Assembly (NCBI GenBank): GCA_902597095.1
Contig: CACJWK010000011.1
Span: 207-64,206, forward strand
DNA length: 64,000 bases
Direction of reading: 5' to 3'
From: an uncultured Pseudohongiella sp.
GTDB taxonomy: Bacteria; Pseudomonadota; Gammaproteobacteria; Pseudomonadales; Pseudohongiellaceae
The position numbers and the translations under genes are program-made. Below the pieces are notes generated by a model that worked only from the letters and a program-made list of their open reading frames with translations, had not been told where the DNA came from and ran no database searches. The number at the start of each line of letters is the position of its first letter. The stretch's first letter is position 1. This document shows, one piece after another, positions 1-8,664 of the stretch.

Positions 1-22
1 CTGTAATGGTAACTTGATCTAG

Positions 23-71
23 GTGACGCAGGCTGTTGAGGTGAGTTGTGGTTGATTGTCTGCGAGGGACT
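23..71 (+). repeat. Partial copy (cA) of the att-associated repeat family: 49 nt of the left arm, ending inside the CTCATAA loop position
   Basis: GTGACGCAGGCTGTTGAGGTGAGTTGTGGTTGATTGTCTGCGAGGGACT matches 1279-1327 with 1 mismatch, and its last 45 nt match 48782-48826 with 2 mismatches. Homology stops abruptly after GAGGGACT. Confidence 0.75.
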
Positions 72-190
72 AAAACTCCGGGGGCATGTTAATTCATTGA
101 GACTTTGCGTCCGAAATTGCCTGATTTTTCAAGTCGTAGTCGTTCCAACCTGGCAGTATCGATAGCTGTTCTTCCTGCTTCACGGCTAGT

Positions 191-1048
191 TCATTCCAGA
201 CAAGTCACCAACTTCGATGCCAAAGTTTCGATCCCCTCAAGTTCGGTTTCACCCAGCTCCAGTTCATGAGTTCGATTCCCCATGACACCTTTTCCTGAAA
301 GATAAGGGCCGTATTTCTTCCATTGAGCTGAGCTTCTGTATTTCGACATATTTGGGCGCGCTTTCATCATTTCCTGATGCGCGGCAATGAATGGCTTGTC
401 TCCGAATAGTAATTTAACAGCCTGAGGGCCGCTTTCGACCTCAAGCATGCGCTGCGTCAAAATATCAACAATATAGAAAATAGCAAAATCAGCCATGCTT
501 ACTCCATTGCCAATAGCAAAACCACCCGCGTTCTCAGCAAGCACGTTCTCCAAATTAACAAACTTGAGTGGCAACCCAGAAGTTGGACCAGCAAATCCCC
601 CAATAACATCCCGATCCCAGTCCCTGAAGCCCCAAAGCGCGTAGCTTATATTAATAAGGATATCCTCGTAGATGTGATCGCAGATCATGATGACCTTGGC
701 GCGGTCAATAGGGCTGTTTGGCATGTAGCCGGCAATTTCAGCGATATATTGTGCACATGCCCCAGTCTCATTGATTGTGGATCCGTTATGCTGTACCACC
801 GGCAGCGCTTTAAAAGGCCCAGCAAGTTCAGGCATGTACTTCTTTTTGCTTTCCCAGGTTCCCCCCAAAAAGTCCTCGTCGATGTCGACAATATCATCTG
901 TGAAGTCGAGGCCCGCATCATAAGCCATATAACGCATAAGCATACCTCGCCCGGCACAGTTCCAATATCGGAGTACGAGTTTGTTTTCAGATGGGGCATT
1001 TTCTGTAGTCAATTTTCTATCTCCTACTCGGAATTGATTAAACTTCAA
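191..1048 (-). CDS. Glutathione S-transferase-like protein
   Basis: 285-aa ORF. The N-terminal thioredoxin-like part carries LPVVQHNGSTINETGACAQYIA, which fits the GST G-site pattern. The C-terminal half is helical. This is a family-level call only. Confidence 0.65.
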   Translation of the reverse strand: MKFNQFRVGDRKLTTENAPSENKLVLRYWNCAGRGMLMRYMAYDAGLDFTDDIVDIDEDFLGGTWESKKKYMPELAGPFKALPVVQHNGSTINETGACAQYIAEIAGYMPNSPIDRAKVIMICDHIYEDILINISYALWGFRDWDRDVIGGFAGPTSGLPLKFVNLENVLAENAGGFAIGNGVSMADFAIFYIVDILTQRMLEVESGPQAVKLLFGDKPFIAAHQEMMKARPNMSKYRSSAQWKKYGPYLSGKGVMGNRTHELELGETELEGIETLASKLVTCLE

Positions 1049-1102
1049 TTTGAATTAAGTAAATAACTTACCACTCAAGCAGAATAATACGTACTAGCAA
1101 AA

Positions 1103-1436
1103 TATGGAACCAACCAGAATAAAGGGTGGTACCCATGGGGGTGGGTGCTGCCAGGTGCCGTTTTGTCTTTACAGGGGTGGGGGTCTATTTGGACCAAATT
1201 TGGACCACTGCGGCACAACCCACCACAACTAATGACAACAACTGGCAATAGAAAAGCTGCAGTGATACCTTACTTTTAGTGACGCAGGCTGTTGTGGTGA
1301 GTTGTGGTTGATTGTCTGCGAGGGACTCATAATCCGTCGGTCCCAGGTTCGAGTCCTGGTGGGCCCACCAACTAAATCAATAAGTTACACCCCCCGCGCA
1401 GTAATACCCCAATCGATTTGGACCAAATTTGGACCA
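1103..1436 (+). repeat. attP-like composite element, copy c1 (left arm + tRNA-like core + right arm), the most intact copy
   Basis: The left arm (1103-1320) has TATGGAACCAA..AATAAAGG, an ACCC-N4-GGGT hairpin, a G-rich tract and a CA-rich tract. The core is 1321-1370 and the right arm is 1371-1436. Identical 21-mers ATTTGGACCAAATTTGGACCA sit at 1187-1207 and 1416-1436. The element is homologous to 5986-6321 over its whole length. Confidence 0.8.
1321..1370 (+). other. tRNA-like 3' half only (anticodon-arm-like AGGGA/CTCATAA/TCCGT, variable CGGTC, T-arm CCAGG-TTCGAGT-CCTGG, TGGGCCC-A-CCA); not a complete tRNA gene
   Basis: It has a canonical GGTTCGAGTCC T-arm and an encoded ACCA. No complementary GGGCCCA 5' acceptor strand and no D-arm occur within 300 nt upstream. 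The same core recurs at 6205-6255, 13436-13467 (T-arm onward) and 48822-48868 (CCA mutated to ACA). Confidence 0.7.
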
Positions 1437-1601
1437 ATGAGATCCCTAAAACACTCTTGAGTTTTCGCTGTTCATTCACTAGGGTGAACATCAGTGATAC
1501 TTCTGCGCTATGCAGGAGGACCGGCACCACTCAAAAAATGCCGTGCGCTAACAAAACCAATTTGAGGAATAAGCATCGGGGAGACTTAAGTAAACCGGGT
1601 T

Positions 1602-2876
1602 TTATTGCGCCGTGAAACTTCTTCGGAGAGCGCCTAGTAAAGGTTCGAGGACTCCAACCTGACTGAAGTCGTCCTTATAGTATCCGGTATACACAGCAAC
1701 AACATCCAACAAGGGATTAACGAGTATTCCCTGCCCTCCCCAACCACCCTTAAACATGAAGCCATCATCATAGATGCGGTCCCACTGATATGAATTATGT
1801 GATCCATCAATTTGAACAAGATTCGGATTTGGTTGATTTAAGAGCAAATCTAGAGTTTCTTCAGAAACAATCTCATCGTTCGACACGACGCTATAAGAAG
1901 GAGTGAATAGTAGGCCGAATCTAGCCATATCCCTCATGTTCGACAGAAACCCACCGTGCGTAAGGGGAATTCCGTATCTATAAGCCAGAAAAGAGGCGTC
2001 TGACTCCGCCCCTATTTTGCTCCAGATCTCCTCAGTGAAGACTTCATGGAAAGGCTTCTGAGCAATACTTTCGACCAACCACCCGAGAATGAAGGTATTG
2101 ACCCCTGAGTATGAAAACGAGAGGCCTTCGGCACTCACACGCTCCGCCTTGAGTGTTCGCAGAAAGTCATACGGATTGTCAGGAGAGTTATCGTCTCGGT
2201 AGCCATCGCCGATCGCCATCGAATATTGATAGTAGCAGGACTTGCGGTCAGTGTAATCGTCTTGGCAGTCGAGTCCAGATGACATATCGAGAATATTCCT
2301 CACTTTAATGCCTGAAAATGCAGATGACAAAAGTTCAGGTATGTAGAAATCAATAGATCTCGCTGTATCTATCAGCCCCCTTTCCTCAAACAGTCTTACT
2401 AACAGTGCCGGCATGACTTTAGTTACTGACCAATATATAGGTTTCTCATAAGGCCGCATCCTAGGGTAGGACTCGAATACTATCTCTCCTCTATGAAGGA
2501 TAATCATCCCTAATGTGGCTGACGCTTCGTTTGATATAAAAGTATCAAGGTCAAGTGAGCCCTCTTCAGTCTCAACTTGAAATTGAATGGAGTTCTGGGC
2601 TGCTTTTTTTAGGGTACTTACAGAACCTCGGCGGTAAACATTTACGGTGGGAAAGAGCTGGTGAACATTCTTATGCATCCATGCCATTTGATCTCCGGTC
2701 TCTGTCCACCATATGTCGTCAACCGGGACCGATAAATGCCGAGCAGGAGTCCAAGGCCTTTCAAGAAAACTATCCAGCAGATCATCAGCTTGACCATACG
2801 CCACTATAGAGGCGCATAACGTAAAGTCGCCAACAAAGGCTAAAAATATGGATTTAAACTGCCTCTTTTTAATCAT
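1602..2876 (-). CDS. Serine hydrolase, beta-lactamase/DD-peptidase (class C-like) family, secreted
   Basis: 424 aa with an N-terminal hydrophobic signal-like segment. It has an S-x-x-K motif (YWSVTKV), and its length and layout fit the beta-lactamase-related serine hydrolases. Confidence 0.65.
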   Translation of the reverse strand: MIKKRQFKSIFLAFVGDFTLCASIVAYGQADDLLDSFLERPWTPARHLSVPVDDIWWTETGDQMAWMHKNVHQLFPTVNVYRRGSVSTLKKAAQNSIQFQVETEEGSLDLDTFISNEASATLGMIILHRGEIVFESYPRMRPYEKPIYWSVTKVMPALLVRLFEERGLIDTARSIDFYIPELLSSAFSGIKVRNILDMSSGLDCQDDYTDRKSCYYQYSMAIGDGYRDDNSPDNPYDFLRTLKAERVSAEGLSFSYSGVNTFILGWLVESIAQKPFHEVFTEEIWSKIGAESDASFLAYRYGIPLTHGGFLSNMRDMARFGLLFTPSYSVVSNDEIVSEETLDLLLNQPNPNLVQIDGSHNSYQWDRIYDDGFMFKGGWGGQGILVNPLLDVVAVYTGYYKDDFSQVGVLEPLLGALRRSFTAQ

Positions 2877-2954
2877 AAAGAAAACCCGCCTCGCAAGATC
2901 GACCCATAAAGAATCCTAACTAGCTTTGAGTTCGGCGAGATTCGGAAGAATTTG

Positions 2955-3884
2955 TCAAGTCTCCAAATTCGCAAGCCGGCTTGAAATTGATTGAATATGC
3001 TGAGCAGTAGTCCCGCAGCAACCTCCAACGATATTAGCGCCCTGATCAAGCCAATTCATCGCAAAGTCAGCGTAAAAGCTTGGAGTAAGGTCATCTCTCA
3101 TCTGTAGTGATCCATCCGTGCTTTTAGTCCCATCTAATAGCCAATCTTTTGGCACACAGGAGAATGCATTTCCATAGCCACCAACGTAAGGAGCCCCGCT
3201 GCTTGCAAGTGACGCCATCGCGTCAGTGATTCTCTCTGGCAGACAGCAATTAGCTAATATACCAAGGGGCGCAAATGAAATAAGTAACTCGATACAATCT
3301 GTCAAGGATTCACCACTTCTTAAGCGGTTCGACTCATTATCATCGAGAGTTAAACCAATCATGACCGGCTTGCTGAAGTTATAAGCTGCTTTGAGAGCAG
3401 CCTGGGCTTCATTAATTGAGGACATTGTTTCAAATAGGAAAAAGTCAACATAGGGTTCCAACAAATGCATCTGACGATTATAAAGATCTATAAGCAAAGG
3501 GCCGTCTAGGACTCTATCTGGCCGGTAGCTTCCATTTTGGGGAGGCAAACTGCCAGCGACAAGAATCTTCCTTTCCGAGGCTTTTGATGCTTGTTGCGCT
3601 ATCTCTCCCGCCAATAGATTAAGTTCATCGAACCGGTCTGCTAGCCCTTCTTTCTGTAAATCAGACAAGATGATCCCATAGGAATTTGTAGTGATTATAT
3701 CTGCTCCGGCTTGAATATTTTCACTATGGATTTGTTGAACTACGTCAGGTGCAACTAGTAGCGCATTTGCAGACCAAATAGTATTAGGCACATCAACGCC
3801 TTTCATAGACAAGGTTTTGCCCATTCCCGAGTCTAAAATTTTAACGGAACCGTCTAAATTAAGATTTTTTATGTGGTCGACCAT
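2955..3884 (-). CDS. Homocysteine S-methyltransferase family protein
   Basis: 309 aa. It carries a C-terminal IVGGCCGTT zinc-ligand motif and an internal ANCC cysteine. ITTNSY and FLFETM blocks are also present, and the length matches MmuM/BHMT-type enzymes. Confidence 0.8.
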   Translation of the reverse strand: MVDHIKNLNLDGSVKILDSGMGKTLSMKGVDVPNTIWSANALLVAPDVVQQIHSENIQAGADIITTNSYGIILSDLQKEGLADRFDELNLLAGEIAQQASKASERKILVAGSLPPQNGSYRPDRVLDGPLLIDLYNRQMHLLEPYVDFFLFETMSSINEAQAALKAAYNFSKPVMIGLTLDDNESNRLRSGESLTDCIELLISFAPLGILANCCLPERITDAMASLASSGAPYVGGYGNAFSCVPKDWLLDGTKSTDGSLQMRDDLTPSFYADFAMNWLDQGANIVGGCCGTTAQHIQSISSRLANLET

Positions 3885-3953
3885 CTTAGCCTCCAGGAAT
3901 GACTATCAAAGGTTCAAATAAAGACAGAACTTTTTATATAACGCCTCTGAATC

Positions 3954-5585
3954 CTATCTGTGAAATTTCCTGAGAGTACGGACTATGGATATAGCCATAA
4001 GAACATACAGCAACATAACTGGCAAAGAGCCAACTAATGATGCTGTCTGAAGCTCACGCAGACCGCCTACATACAGAAGGGTCAATGGCAATGCTCCTAA
4101 ACCCAAAGCCCAAAATACTCGGAGCCATCGAGGCGGCTGTCTAGACTCCCCAAAACTTTTTGAAGAACCTGAAGCCAAGACATATGAAGCGGAGTCGTAA
4201 GTCGTAGCCGTAAAAATGAGCCCAATAACCGCAAGGTAGGCTAACCAGACCTTTGGATATGGTAAAAAAGAGATTACTTCTGACATAATCACCGCTGGAC
4301 CTATACCGTCACCTACTTTTTCTACCAAATCGTAAGTTCCATCTAATTGAAGACTCAAACTAAAATTACCCAGAACTATAAAAAACAGTGCGCATCCCGC
4401 ACTACCGTAAGCGAGCACGCCCACAATTATCTGTCTAATTGTCCTGCCCTCTGACACTCTAGCAACAAAGATGCCCATGAATGGCCCTAACGCTATCCAC
4501 CATGCCCAATAAAAAACAGTCCAAGATTCTACAAAGTCATTCCGCTCTCGAGGATCGCTCCAAGTTAACATTTCAAAAAAACCATCTGCAAAAGACCCTA
4601 AAGAAACTAAACCCATCTCCAAAATAAATTTACTTGGACCAAGAAGAAAGACGAAACCAATAAACAACAACGCAAGGAATACGTTTACTGTGCTCAACAC
4701 CAAAATGCCTCTTTCTAAACCTCGATAAACGCTAAATGTGATGAGCATTGTTGCCAGTGTGATGACGCATAATTGCAACAGTACAGAATCTGATATTTGA
4801 ATTAATTCACTAGTTGCCGCTGAAACTATCGCAATGCCAAACCCTAACCCTGTGGCAGAGCTCGCGATTACCCCAAAGAGGAATGACAAATCTACTACTC
4901 GGCCTGGCCAACGGGCCGTGAACTCCTTGAGTACCGGGCGGCAGGCCTCACTCAAACGGAAATTCGAGCTACCTTCTAAGTAATACGAGCAGCCAAGGGC
5001 AATAGCGGGAAGGCAATAGAATGACCAGCCTATCGGGCCCCAGTGAAATAATCCGTAAGCTTGAGCCCACTCCAAAGATTCATCAGATAGCGGCGGCAAT
5101 CCAAATGGCGGATCAACATAGTAAAAGACCCATTCTGTGCCGCCCCAGTAAATCAAAGACCCACCAATGCCAGAACAAAAAAGCATAGAGGCCCATTTTA
5201 GAGTCGAGTAATGTGGCTTCTTTGTAGCGCCCAATACAATCGAACCGTATGGACTACACGCAAGCCAAAAAAGAAAGCCGAGGGTGAAAATTGCAGCAAA
5301 TATATAAACAACGCCAATCCGACGAGTCACAAAGACGTACAGCTCGTCAAGTAACAACGCGCTTGATTCGGGGCGCATCATGAAACCCGCAGTGATAATC
5401 AACAATAAGCCCGAACTACCGAAGAACACAGCTGTATCAATAGACGCTTCCGGGACAGGTTTGCTTACTGTTGTAGAGTCATGAGATTCCTTTGAATCAA
5501 CCTCTAGCCTAGATAAACTGCTAGTCAATCTGTAGGGCCTCCTCTCAAAATTGAACCTTCCGTCATCAACTTGCAAAGCCCTCAA
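3954..5585 (-). CDS. BCCT family (betaine/carnitine/choline-type) transporter
   Basis: 543 aa and polytopic. It carries the BCCT signature block WTVFYWAWWIALGPFMGIFVARVSEGRTIRQ. Confidence 0.85.
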   Translation of the reverse strand: MRALQVDDGRFNFERRPYRLTSSLSRLEVDSKESHDSTTVSKPVPEASIDTAVFFGSSGLLLIITAGFMMRPESSALLLDELYVFVTRRIGVVYIFAAIFTLGFLFWLACSPYGSIVLGATKKPHYSTLKWASMLFCSGIGGSLIYWGGTEWVFYYVDPPFGLPPLSDESLEWAQAYGLFHWGPIGWSFYCLPAIALGCSYYLEGSSNFRLSEACRPVLKEFTARWPGRVVDLSFLFGVIASSATGLGFGIAIVSAATSELIQISDSVLLQLCVITLATMLITFSVYRGLERGILVLSTVNVFLALLFIGFVFLLGPSKFILEMGLVSLGSFADGFFEMLTWSDPRERNDFVESWTVFYWAWWIALGPFMGIFVARVSEGRTIRQIIVGVLAYGSAGCALFFIVLGNFSLSLQLDGTYDLVEKVGDGIGPAVIMSEVISFLPYPKVWLAYLAVIGLIFTATTYDSASYVLASGSSKSFGESRQPPRWLRVFWALGLGALPLTLLYVGGLRELQTASLVGSLPVMLLYVLMAISIVRTLRKFHR

Positions 5586-5985
5586 ACAAACACTGGTTCA
5601 GAGAATCATGAATGTGCTCTAACGTAATCATCGTTGGTGCTAGCAGGCCGCGAGTTGATTTCCACACGCAGTGGGATCGATTCATACCGGCCCTCTCCAG
5701 GTTAACACAAATGACTACAATATAAGCCATACCATAGCAACAGACGACGCGCTGGTCGCGCCGGCAGACACCGCGCAGATGCTGCGTAAGATGCCTTGCG
5801 CCAATCAAAATCAAAGGGGAGGGACGATAAGCAGACCAGAGTCAAGTAATCTATCCTCTGTAAGCACCTCGCTCTCGGGATAGCCATTTCTCGCTCTATG
5901 CCGGTTCTAGTGATAGTAAATTCCTGCACGGCCATGTCTCTCAGATTTCCTAATTATTCGTGCAAAATTATTCGTATACACGCCG

Positions 5986-6321
5986 TATGGAACCAATCTG
6001 AATAAAGGTGGTACCCTCGGGGGTGGGTGCTGCCAGATGACGGTTTTTCTTTACAGGGGATGGGGTCGAATCTGATGGGACACTGGTGGGACAAGTTGGT
6101 CCCACTACCCACAACGAATGACAACCATCCACAACAGAAAAGTGTTATAGTTTAGGGGCTTAACCGTTGCAGGCCGTTGGCAATTGTTGGGTAGATTGGT
6201 CGGAGAGGGACTCATAATCCGTCGGTCCCAGGTTCGAGTCCTGGTGGGCTAACCAACTAAATCAATAAGTTACATCCCCCTCGCAGTAATTCCCCAATCG
6301 ATTTGAACTAAATTTGGACCA
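5986..6321 (+). repeat. attP-like composite element, copy c2 (diverged arms, core nearly identical, acceptor-like strand mutated)
   Basis: It has the same order of blocks as c1: TATGGAACCAA, AATAAAGG, ACCC-TCGG-GGGT, GGGTGCTGCCAG, a CA-rich tract, a GT-rich tract and GAGGGACTCATAATCCGTCGGTCCCAGGTTCGAGTCCTGG. The 3' strand is TGGGCTA-ACCA instead of TGGGCCC-ACCA. The right arm ends ATTTGAACTAAATTTGGACCA (6301-6321). Confidence 0.8.
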
Positions 6322-6347
6322 TCGCCAAAGTCAGCCACCACAAATGG

Positions 6348-6533
6348 TTGGGTTATGCCGCAGGGGCTGCATTTGTGACCAGCATCCTTTGTATGCAAGC
6401 GTTTGGTCAACCAGAGTTATATCTGCTTGCTGCTATTGCAACCCTGTTCACTTTGGTGCTGCCATCTCTTTTAACTATGGGGATTGAACATGCCGAGCAA
6501 AACTACCCCAACCGATGCCGAGCCGGCAATTAA
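6348..6533 (+). pseudogene. Possible C-terminal remnant of a membrane protein truncated at the repeat boundary
   Basis: A hydrophobic 61-aa ORF (TTG start) begins right after the c2 right arm and has no plausible N-terminus. It overlaps the next gene by 50 nt. Confidence 0.25.
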
Positions 6534-6816
6534 TATCGGCGAGATTGATCAGGTTATTCATGGACGCATGCGGCTGGGCATTATGGCTTTTCTGTCGGCG
6601 GTTAGCCCGGCCAGCTTTCCTGATTTGCTGGCCAAAACAGGTTCCAGCAATGGCAATCTCTCGACTCACCTCAGCAAGCTAGAAGCCGCAGGCTACACAA
6701 GCCAAAAGAAGGGCTATCAGGGTAAGCGCCCACAGACATTAGTTTACCTTACAGCGGCAGGCCGTAAGGCTTGGATTCAGTATCTGGAAGCTATGAAAGA
6801 GCTGCTGGGAAAATAG
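6484..6816 (+). CDS. Winged-helix transcriptional regulator (MarR/ArsR-like small wHTH)
   Basis: 110 aa. The pattern is RMRLGIMAFL...FPDL...SNGNLSTHLSKLEAAGY...TLVYLTAAGRKA, typical of small winged-helix DNA-binding proteins. Confidence 0.65.
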   Translation: MNMPSKTTPTDAEPAINIGEIDQVIHGRMRLGIMAFLSAVSPASFPDLLAKTGSSNGNLSTHLSKLEAAGYTSQKKGYQGKRPQTLVYLTAAGRKAWIQYLEAMKELLGK

Positions 6817-7079
6817 CAGCTACCCTAAAAAATATAGACCAAGCTTCAGAAATAGAGTTTCGCAACCCAACCTTAGCAGAAGCGTTTTAAACAAAGTTTT
6901 GTGAAAGAATTGAAAAACTATCGGCATCAGGGGACAGATACTAAATTGACGATACGCTCATCTATTAAGTGAAGGGAGAGCTCCGATGGCCCTTGTATCG
7001 GATTTTTACACTCGATTTAGAGACCAACAAATTTAATAAGCATATACACGGCGAACGGGCACTTTGGTTTTCAAATTAC

Positions 7080-7664
7080 TCACCCTATTGAAGTAGAGAT
7101 GAATTCCTGGATGACATAGACCGCAGCGTAAAGTGAAACAAGGATTTGTTGCTGCTTTGTCGTTTTCAGGAAGACTCCAAAGATTAGTAAAATTGGCAGA
7201 ATATATTGACTCCGCTCTAGGAGGGTTGCTTCTATACCGAGGTTGTTTCTTAAAATGTTTATGGATATCAGCAGCTGAAGCCACAAAAAAACAAAACAGA
7301 GAAAAAACACGTTCTTGTACGTCAAGAAGTATTCTTCTCTTGGCATTCGCAGTTTATCAGCACTGTTGACAGGTAAAAAACGGCTTACAAGAAAAAAAAG
7401 GATGACTGAAAGAAACGGCGCAAGCGTGAATTCAAGAATTGAGATATCGCTTCGGTCGCTATACATTCGCCAAAAGCCAAAAAAATAGCCAACAGCAGTA
7501 AACAAGACCAACAAGCCCCATGCTAGGACATGCCAGCTATTCCGAAAAGCCTCATCGAATTGAACCATTAAAGAAACTTTCGTTAGTGTGTTTGAAACTG
7601 CTAACCCCAAAACTAGCGAAACCAATATTGCTATGTATTCGAAAAGGCTCATTGAAGCAACCAA
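7080..7664 (-). CDS. Polytopic membrane protein, unknown family (paralog of 12217-12813)
   Basis: 194 aa with ~6 hydrophobic segments. The N-terminus (SLFEYIAILVSLVLGLAVSN) resembles the TVFEYSSVLMAIIVGMTVNE start of the 12217 ORF, and length and topology are the same. Confidence 0.55.
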   Translation of the reverse strand: MVASMSLFEYIAILVSLVLGLAVSNTLTKVSLMVQFDEAFRNSWHVLAWGLLVLFTAVGYFFGFWRMYSDRSDISILEFTLAPFLSVILFFLVSRFLPVNSADKLRMPREEYFLTYKNVFFLCFVFLWLQLLISINILRNNLGIEATLLERSQYILPILLIFGVFLKTTKQQQILVSLYAAVYVIQEFISTSIG

Positions 7665-7893
7665 TCTGATAAAACCATAGTAGGCAGAGTAGTATATCGC
7701 TTTCGTAAAGAGAAGCTCCTCGCCCTTTTGCGGACGACTGACAAGCGAGATTCATCTTCATTGCGGGTCGGAAATTAACGACTTGGCTTCCTAACCTCGA
7801 ACTTAACGTTAGCTCTCTTCTACAAAGTATTAGAAAGCTCGAGGAGACTCAAAGGTGGCATTATGATGAGCGCGTACAACGCATGAGCTTCAA

Positions 7894-8585
7894 TCATATG
7901 CCAGTCGAAAAACTTAACAATTTTATTTGTTTGATCGACTTGCCCTCCCAGGCAAATCTAAACAACGCAAAGAGCAGGCCATAGAGAATTCCTATTGTGG
8001 CGAACGCTACAATTTCGCCCAATGCGGAAATATCTCCAGAGGAGATACCAAATGTCCAATTTGAGACGCCAATAACTGCAAAGACAAAAACCATAGCCAG
8101 AGACGCATTGAAAGCCCTTTCAACAATCCTCGACTCAGAGAAATCAGGATGCACTAAACAAACAATTGAAATAAGCCTACAAACTCCCGCGGCTAATGGC
8201 GAAATGAAATTTGTTAATGGCAGGCCTTCGGCAACAAAATGAATCAAAGCTGCAGTTACCAGCGGTATAAATAGGGCAACTAAACAAACTTCGAGAATGC
8301 AGGTTCTATATTCTTCGATTTTCTTTGGTTCGATTATCTTAATACGGAAAGATAGGATTAGGCCGAGCGCCGCCTAACCTCGTCCATGTTTGAAACTATA
8401 GAAAGAAGGTTTAATCCACAAACACTTATTCCGATGACGATGCAACATCTCCGAAATATTTGAATCGCTCGCCATCCAATCTTAAATGATAAGCTTGCAG
8501 GCACTACTGCAAGGACCAGAAAGGGATAAATAGAGCTTCCATCGAGCATCACGAGCTCCGCATTGATATCAATCGCAGCAAGCAT
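7894..8585 (-). pseudogene. Membrane protein split into two ORF pieces (8358-8585 and 7894-8247); probable frameshift
   Basis: Both pieces are hydrophobic. The reading frame of the 7894 piece stays open upstream to about 8340 without a start codon (..IIEPKKIEEYRTCILEVCLVALFIPLVTAALIHFVAEG..). A single shift near 8340-8360 would join the two pieces. Confidence 0.35.
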
Positions 8586-8664
8586 ACCAAGTGCGACTAA
8601 AAAGACTACCCACCTTGCGACAGGATTTCTTGAAATCTGGTCTACGTCCAGTCTAGTTATTAAA

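Noticed and set aside
1136-1370. A tmRNA (ssrA) gene. Points in favour were a G-rich 5' block, a short NDN-containing frame, a T-arm and ACCA. The site is also a hotspot for islands, with an integrase remnant directly downstream of one copy.
   Set aside because: The 3' strand TGGGCCC-ACCA would need a GGGCCCA 5' strand, which is absent within 400 nt. Position 70 would be C, so there is no G3:U70 alanine identity pair. The candidate tags end in WQ or VIV rather than the usual hydrophobic Ala-rich end. c1 has a stop where c2 reads through. I kept it only as a look-alike observation.
1279-1370. A complete tRNA-Met/Ile2 (CAU) gene.
   Set aside because: Only the anticodon arm (with a G-G mismatch), variable loop, T-arm and 3' strand can be drawn. 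The upstream 40 nt give a 4-bp GCAG/CTGC stem closing a 28-nt loop, and there is no acceptor 5' strand. None of the other copies does better.
1418-1615. Small ORFs 1418-1615 and 5671-5883 share a ..KMPCAN.. peptide. They reflect a ~40-nt similar DNA segment (about 1535-1575 and 5778-5815) near both ends of the BCCT mini-island.
   Set aside because: The similarity is short and does not preserve a reading frame outside the shared segment. It is more likely a remnant of island-end sequence than a gene. I could not define it well enough to report as a feature.
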